A stretch of DNA of 64,000 nt from a virus: IMG/VR virus record IMGVR_UViG_3300025816_000006, positions 32,001-96,000 of that record; one strand, 5' to 3'. Shown here in pieces: positions 29,201-38,200 of the stretch. Position 1 is the first letter of the stretch. Each line of letters opens with the position of its first letter. The notes under the pieces were generated by a model. That model saw only the letters and a list, made by a program, of their open reading frames with translations. It did no database searches and was not told the DNA's origin. The translations under genes were made by a program, and so were the position numbers.

Positions 29201-32200
29201 CCGCATATTCAGTTAGTATCCTACCATCAAAAAAATCTTCTAGGAAGAGGTATAATATTTGATGGTGGCTTAATGGCGCACAGCCTCAACTTGAAAATGA
29301 GCGGTGTGTCTGATCTCTCAACTGGATTTGTTGATAAGTATAACGGAAGTTTCTTTGATTTATCTGCTGTGCAAAAACTTTATCCCTCAAGTGACATCTC
29401 GAATGTTGGCTTTGTTAGCTCTGATGGCGATTTTGATTTATTCAACAAGATAGACGAAGGTGTTTACGAAGGTGATTGGCAGATAGACAGCACTAGAATT
29501 TCTGATGACTCTGAGTCTTATGTTCAGCTAATTGCCCCTGACACAAAAGGTAGCTTCTCGTATGAGTGCGGAATTACAAATACTTTGTTTGATCCAGAAG
29601 AATCTCTAATTAGGTTTAGATTGTCTGGACCTACTTCTACTAGTGACTGCGCATTGCCGCCTAGATACACAATTAAAAACATAAAACTCAAAGATCCCCA
29701 AGGAACTTTGATAACACAATATGAAGACATTGTGTTTATTGGTGACTCTGATTTTGATAATGATATAAACTACACAAGTGTTGTTAGATCAGAAAAAATA
29801 AATAAAGTTAAGGGTTTTTATAGGTGGCAGGATACTTATCCCACACTAGATAGTGGAAATGCGCCTCACGGATTCTCTTTATCTTTTGATATTGATGCTG
29901 AAGATCTCGGCGCAGAGTTTACTTTAGGCTACAGCAAAGCATTCAAAGAAGACACAACGCAACTAAGTTCGCCCTCAATAAATAATTCACTAAGAATATC
30001 TGCAATAGAAATATTGACAAGTGGTAGAGCTTCAAATTATCAAGAACACTATATAAACTTGATGACCCCGGTTGTAGATACTGGCAGAAGAATTGAGAAG
30101 TGTTTCCATCCGACCTTCTTCCCTAAGTTTGATTTTGACACAGGAATTTGGCCGTCCGTTAGCAGTATCTGGTATGCAAACAACGATGTAGATTATTCTA
30201 ATCAAAGCACTCAGGGGTCTTTACAGTTATTGGAAAATATTAGAGACCCAGAAGATGATACCTTTGCTATCCTAAACTCTATGGGAGATATAGAAAATTC
30301 TGGTAAGCTGACGCTTAAATTTGGCTATAGCCCATCTTCACAAAAAGAAATTCAAGCGGGTAGTTTTTCAGATGCGTTCGGAGAAGGTAGGAATAAAAGA
30401 GATAATATTTGGTTCAGTCCTTCTGGCGCGTTCTCTGGACTAACGACAAGCACAACAGATATTGATCACAACTTCTTTAAGTTTGACTCCATAACGCTTA
30501 AAGTCAGGGCTAAAAAAGCTGTAGGTAGTAGAGACTATGTGTTAGATGTAGTTGGATACAGCGATGACTGCCTCTTGAATGTAACTTCTGCTGTTGGCGG
30601 TTTCTTGCAAAATACTTCTGGGGTCACATTCCCTGATCACTCAGATGATAGCTTGGTGTTCTATGGTAATACCGGAAGCATACCAACGACATCTGGATTT
30701 AAAAATGTAGATGATCTTGGTCTATCTACTGAGCCGTTCTCTAATAAAGATCATTACTTTGAGTCTAATTCTACGAACAATGCTGGTGGAGATCACTATC
30801 TCTTAACAACTTACCCTACTGTCACGTCTACTGAATTTGAATGGTACGAAATACCCCTAAAAGCTTACGAAGACAACGTAGAAATTGGTAGATCGAAACA
30901 GTATAATTTAAGTTCATTGCTTGAAAGATTGTACCTAGATATTTACCCCTTGCCAACTGGCGCTGCTATTTCAAATATTCATTTGTGTGTAAGGTATGCG
31001 CCACAAAATGCATTTAACCTTACCTCTCAAGGTGGAGAAAAGATAGGCAGAATTGCAGACGGAAGGACTGAAGGCTCTTACTTCCCAACTTCCAGACAGT
31101 CTAATGACTTGATTATAAATGCTGGCTCTGGTTTTAATCCGTTGTCGTACATATCTGGAATACCTCAAGCCTTTACAACCCCTGACAGCTTAAAATCTAA
31201 CTACTCCAGAAGATGGAGAGGTATGGAGGGTACTGTACAAGGTCCATATGACGTAGATCAGTTTGGATTTGGGTTTGAAAACCCACACCTAGATTATCCA
31301 TTCATATCAGGTTTCTACTTGTTTGAGGATAACTCCACAACTATAAGACCTGTTGTTGGCGCGTTGACTGGAACGCTTACGACATCATATGATAATTTCC
31401 AATTTACAAATATAGGCTGGAGATTCTCTAACAGCGGATTGTTTACTGATCGCTGGCCTACTTACTCTACTCCTTACACAACGACGGACTGGACTGCATT
31501 AGAAGATGGCTCTAATAACTTCCAAAACCATGAGTTATACGGTCAAGTTGCAGATGCGTTTAGAAATGTTGTAAGAATATCTGGTCAAAATTCATTCATT
31601 AACTTTGGTAATATCAACTATGGACCTCAAGGAGACTTAGGTCTTTCTGTTTACATAAGATTTACTCCAGACGCTAATGTTTCTGGTGCTAATTATAACC
31701 TGTTCAACAGTGGCGTTCTTGTTTCTAAGTATGACGCTGGACAAGACATTGAGTTCTGCTTAGGTTACTCTGACGGTTATTTGGTCGCCAAAGCTAAAGA
31801 CGCTACTAGTGGATCAATCAAACAAGCTATTGATACGGTTAAATATTCAGGATATCAGTATCCTCTGAGTGTTATCATGACTTACAATGATGACAATTCA
31901 CATAAGTTAAAACTTTATACCGACAATGAATTTGAGTCAAACTGGACTACGCTTCGCGCTACATCTGACTCATTCTACATGGACGTTAATAGTAGCGATT
32001 TGAGGGTTGGTCACTCTCCCGGCTCTGGCGTTGGCTTCAATATGTTCTTGTCTGAGTTTGGTTTGTCGTCTGGCAACATCGTTCAGTCAACCCCTGACGC
32101 TACACACAAAGAAGTAACCGCCCAGAAGTTCTTTGAGAACAACAGAGTCTACTGGTGGGATGAAGGAGAGACAACTTCTGAGGATGCTTATAAGCTTTGG

Positions 32201-35200
32201 GATTATGTAAATGAAAACACTTACACCGATTGGCATATTGGCGCATTTAAGCATTGTGAATTTAACTATGAGTTTGATAATCTTGGCAGTAGACCCGGAA
32301 AGAGGACTGGTAGAGATTTAATTAACTTTAACATCAAGCATCATGGTTCTGGCTATATTCAATATGCAAGCTTGGCTATGCCATCAAATGTAGATTCTGG
32401 CGTATCTTATCACACTCAGATAGAAAATGATTTCCTTAGACTGCACTTGAGCGATACCCCTGACAATTTCTACGCTGTTTACCCAAGGGTAAGTAAAAAT
32501 CTTCCACACGGATATAAATTTACAGAGAAAGCGCTTGTTGTTGAAACTGTACTTGAGCATAAATCTGATAGCCACAACATTGTTTGGGAAGATGGTAGTA
32601 TTGGACCTAAACTTATAGTAAGTCTCTACACAAAAAATCAAGAACCAGAACATCCTTTGGTTGAGCCATTTACAGAGCCAAACTGGGGTCTTGTCAATAG
32701 AGCTATACATTATCTACCACCTTCTAGCTGTTTGATGAGATTTGATAGCACATTCAACTATAACGATTACTGCGATGAATCAGAGAAGTGGGCGCTATTC
32801 CCGCATGAGCCAAGGTTAACAGAGTTGACAGAGAAATATTTCTCTAAAGACGTTGATGATATGTTCTTACAATACGACTTGGTTTATCCATCTGGTCCAG
32901 CTTTTGATTCTCGTATTGACATGCATACCTGTCATGTTAGGGCGGAAGACGCATTTGTTAACGCGACTAATACATCCGGTGTATTTAATTTATACACAAG
33001 CGGCAACCCTAGCCCTGTGACTGGCGTATTAGACATGTTCACATTCAACGCTTCTGGAATGGGTCCAGAGTTTGGATGGAGTCCTGCAAGCGGCTTGAAT
33101 ATGATATTACGTGCGCCTATAGAGGTTAATGAATCTGGATTTATATTGTATGCCAGTGGCGAGCAGATATCCGCTGAATCATTAAAAACATTTATTGATG
33201 GTCATGAGTTAATTAAAGAGTCTGGATTTAATTTAATAGCTTCTGGCGATGGTAGAACTTGGACAAGCTTCCCTCCGAGGGGCGGTGCGGTTGTTGGAAG
33301 TGATTTTGTTGTAGGTGATGCTCCAACTATTCCTCCTCTGCCCATGCTTGTGTTTGGCAAGGGTGTTGACAGTGGCGTGTTACCTTTGTCTATTGGTGCT
33401 ATTAAATCACCGACTTCACCCGAAGCTTCTCTTCCGTTATCGCTATTCCCCTCTACGGCTGGTTCTGGTGGAGTACGTGACTTTATGCCAGTTTACCTGC
33501 TACAGAACTTTAGTAATGAACCGGGACCAAAATCTGGCGAACTTGAACTAAGTATAATTGGTGCTGCTGGTTTATCTTCTAGGTATAGAAATGCTTCTAC
33601 TAATCTTTCCCTACGTGGACCAGACAGACTGCCTCTTAAAGAAAATGTTAACCTCACTTTATACGGTGACAATTTATCAGAAGTAGTTTCTACAGGTAGT
33701 CTTAATCTGTTTAGCTCTAACTACACTGGTTTCAATACTCCGTTTTACTTGTGGTACAACAACAATTATGGAACCGGCATAACTCTTGAAGATAATAATA
33801 TTGCTAGTATTCTTGTTGGAGATGAGATACGTGGAGTAACCTTGTTTGGATATGGATCTTGCACTGGCGATAGTCCACAAAAAGCAATAGATCCCGCCAT
33901 AATAACTGATGATACTGTGTGGCGAGAAGAGACCTGTAATGAAGGTGGTATATTTAGAGCGACAAAAACTTACACAAATCTTAGTGCTGGCTATAGCGGT
34001 AATTACTACGGAATAAGAAAATTACAGGGTCTTATTCCAGACGCTCCTTATATGACAACATTAAAAATAAGAACAGGATCTACTACTGCTATTCCTGTTC
34101 CTAGAGATTGGGAAGAGTGGGAATATGGAACCTGTGGCCCAGATACTATTGGTGGCTGTTGTCCAGACGATGCTTGCTCAAGGAATATTAACTTTAGCGG
34201 CATAAAATTAATTGGCGATTATCCATACCTGAGTGGAGATGCCACACACTACGATGTAAGCGGTAGACTTGCTGGTGATAATTATGGACACGCCGTAGCT
34301 GTCAAGAAAGACCTCATGGCAGTTGGCGCACCTAAACATAACATATACGACGAAAGAGGCGAGCTACTAAATGACGCAGGTGCTGTATTCTTATACAGAA
34401 GAAACGAAGATGTTGCTGGACTAAAAGCAGACTGGGAGCTAGAAGAAAAAGTATTACTTCCTTCTGGCTACAGACAAGATCACATAAGTGCAACCTATCA
34501 AAATCTTCTTTGCTATCCCAATAATATAACTAAAGAGTTTTGTATTTCTGGTCAGCAGTGGAATATTGGTCAAGAAGGAAGAGAGTTTGGTTATTCCTTA
34601 GACTTGGCTAGCAGTGGAGATAAGGAGACACTAGTTGTTGGTGCGCCCGGAGCTTACTGGGACAGAACATTTGAAGACATCGTTGTATCTGGAATACCCG
34701 TACTCATGCTTGTTTTCACTGACAAGTTTTCCTACAATAAAGAAAAAATTGCCGCTATAGGCAATACTGCCTTAAAGTATGACATACTATATAAGTATTT
34801 TGCTGTTCCTTGGGATATTGGAGGTTCAGATTTTCAACCGCAGTTAGATATAAATGTTCTGTTGTGTCAAATACATGACAGCGATCAGAAAGATAGCTTA
34901 CCTAAAGTAAGATCTGACAAACCTTGGTTCCATCATCTCTACATAAATAATCTTCTTGATGGAAATGAAGATTCAACAGTATTGAAAAACACTGCCGTTA
35001 GTGGAATCCAAAAGAAATTCTTTGAAATGTTCCCCTACAGCAACAATTTGTATAGTGGTATTCCACCTATCGTTGGAGTGTTTGGTGATGATACACCTTC
35101 AACATTCAACAAAGGTGCATTCCAACCAGCACTTGATGAGTTTTTGTCCTTCTATCAAGATTACGCATATCAAAGCGGAATAAAGGATTTAACAAATGAC

Positions 35201-38200
35201 ACAGAGCAATCTGGGTACATTAAACAAATTTATTCTGACAGCTTTAATTGGGATAAAGCGTCTGTAGAAATTTTGAATGAAACTCTCGCAACTGGAAACC
35301 TGCTGACACAAAAGCAAGTACAATTCCCAGACTATAATTCTGCTGGTAATGTTGTTATGAATTACATCACCAGTGGCGTTGGTCAACAATACGCTAGAAG
35401 TAATTCTTATGAATTCCAAATACCACCAGAGTCTGGTGGTCGTGTTTACATATTTGAAAAAGAAAGCGGAAACTTTAATCTGGTGCAAGAGATAGTATCT
35501 CCGCAAGAAGATTTGAAAATGTTTGATAGTGATGATTTTGCTGGAGCTATGGATGAAAATGGTCTTCCATACGGAGTCAAGCCTAATGATAGATTTGGTC
35601 ATGCCGTATCTATAAGCAATAACTCGGAAGTTGTAACGGTTGGCTCTCCTTACTCCTCCGAGGCTTGCTTGATATACGAGCGAGATGAAAAAGAAAACGC
35701 CAGAATGTATAAGGGTATTCGTAGCTGGCTAGACTTTAACTCCTTGGTAGCGGAGTCAACAAGGTATGACACATTGCTTGCCGCCTCTGGAGATTTGGAA
35801 GTTCAAAAAACAATCTATCATGAGCTTACCAAGGGTAATAAATTCTTACTGAGATCTGACAAAAACTTCTGGGGTAAGACCCCAATAAATCTTTATAAGA
35901 AAATATTTAAATATGATTATTCAGATATTCCGTACACTGGAACTTGGGGTTTCATCCCACAAGAGGTAGCCGGAACTTCTAGACTTGGATATAGCACTGC
36001 TGTTGGAGAAGATGGAGACATAGTAGCATTTGGAGCGCCTACAGACTCGTTTAATGAGTTTGATGATTACAATGTTTACTACAGATCAGAAGATACTTGG
36101 GCTTCTTACATGCAAGCTGGAGCCGTTAGGGTGTTTGAGTCTAGAAAATACTATCCACACAGTGGCGCTGTAGAATTTACAAGATTTGGAAATCTTGACA
36201 GAAGCGTACACGGTTCAGGAGACAATCAACAATTCTACGATCAAATGGGGCTTTACTTCAAGCCTGATAATGTTTCTTTTGAAAGACTTCCATTTTCTGA
36301 AATAGAGATACCTCAAAGCGCTGGATTGGCATTTATTATTACGCCTGAGATAGATGCTGCAAGCGATGAGATTATCGACAACATCAAGTCTTGGTTGGCA
36401 CTTGGTGATAGAACATTGGTTTTGGTTGGTAATGACCCCATCTGGGAAGACGACGGTCTTTACTTTGACTCAAACGAAATAGTAAACAAGGTTCTTCAAA
36501 AACTTGGCTCAAGAATGAGGCTTGTTCCAGCAAGAAACGAGTATGAGTCTTTGGTTGGAGGGGTTGCAGAGTCAGATTATAATAATGATAAATATAATGT
36601 AACGAAAGCATTCATCCCTGATTATATTCATGACACACATCTGACTAACAACAATATGTTTGCTAGCGGTGTTGCCGATATTAGAATAGATATTTCTGAT
36701 TTGGAATTGGAAGACTTATTACTACATTCACCTTGCGACAAAATTAACACAAGGTGTGAGCATACAATTCAACATATGGGAGACTTGAGAGCGCAATGGA
36801 ACTCCGAATGTATTGTGGCTGGCACTCCTCCCGGTAAAATAGAATTTAAAACAAACTGGCCTTTCCACTTTAATAATGAAAATCCAGCAAGAGACTGTAG
36901 CTTCTGGCCTCAAAATCCAAAGCCTTATATTGATAGGCCGGGAGAGGCAATCAGACCTGTTTTAACTGCTGCGGAACACATAACACCACCGCCGCGAATT
37001 ATAGCTGCTTCTAGTGGTGAAAAGGAACAGTGTACAACCAGTCTGTCTGGAATTATAAAAACTGAATATACAACAAGCACTAAGTTGTATGAGTTTGCTG
37101 ACACGCAGATAGATGAACTGGCTTTCTCTATAAGTCAACCCTCTGGAACTTTGCTTTCTGGAATATTTGATGATTTCACAAGAGGTCAGTTCTTTGATCC
37201 AGCACCATTTGACAAAAGAAACTCGTTTATGCAAGCTGCGGGTACTTCTTACGAAATAGACGTTCCGCCAGATGATGTCGTGGTTTCTCCAGAAAGTGTT
37301 TGGGCCACGGAAGAGTCTTACTTAAACAACACCGTTGATACAGGCTCTAAGGTTATCTTGTTTGCTTCTATGCTTTCTGAGACTGACTGGGCTTTAGGTA
37401 AATCAAATAACGCAGGCGAAGACCCTAATAACAAAGACCAGAATATATTCTTTTATAACAATCTTGTTGCGTTAGATTGCAACAGTGCTGGAAATATAAT
37501 TCAACTTGGCGGATGGACCGGTAGGAATTCATTTAAATCTGCTTTTTCTGACTCTGCGATTGCAAAAACGTTTATTCAAGGCGGTCATACTGTTTCTTCT
37601 GGGGTTTTATTTACTGACAACGATCCAATATCAACAATTCACAATGTAGCTTGGGTTGCAGACCCAGTTGCCAAACCTTCGGACGAAGATATAACTAGAT
37701 TAAAGAATTGGTTGAATACTGGCAATAAAAAACTTGTCATGACTTATTCTGCTAATCAAGAAAAAGCCAATATAATTGAATACATTTGTGATCAACTAGA
37801 GTTGAACACTAAGCCATTCTACTCTAAAGCAAATGGTGCTTATTTTGTTCAGGACACAGAGTTAGTTGCTCAAGGCAACACGCAAGGCATCCCTTACGAC
37901 AGTCAAGGTGGAATCGAACAAGCGCAACTTATTGACGAAACTGCATCTGTCTTTGTGGGTTGTAACAAAGGCTATGCGTTCAACGCAATTACCGCAGAAA
38001 CTAAGGTTGAAAAACTAGCCATTATACCGAAAGACGCTAACCAGCAAGATTACTCGTCTGAGGTAGATTTTGAAACAGGATTCACGGAGTATGCGTTTAT
38101 TCCAATTAAACCCGGAGCAAACACCAAGAAGCTTGTTCGCTACAAAGCACCTTTAATAGAGAAGAGATTTAACAATCCTTACATTTATTGGAAAATTGAT

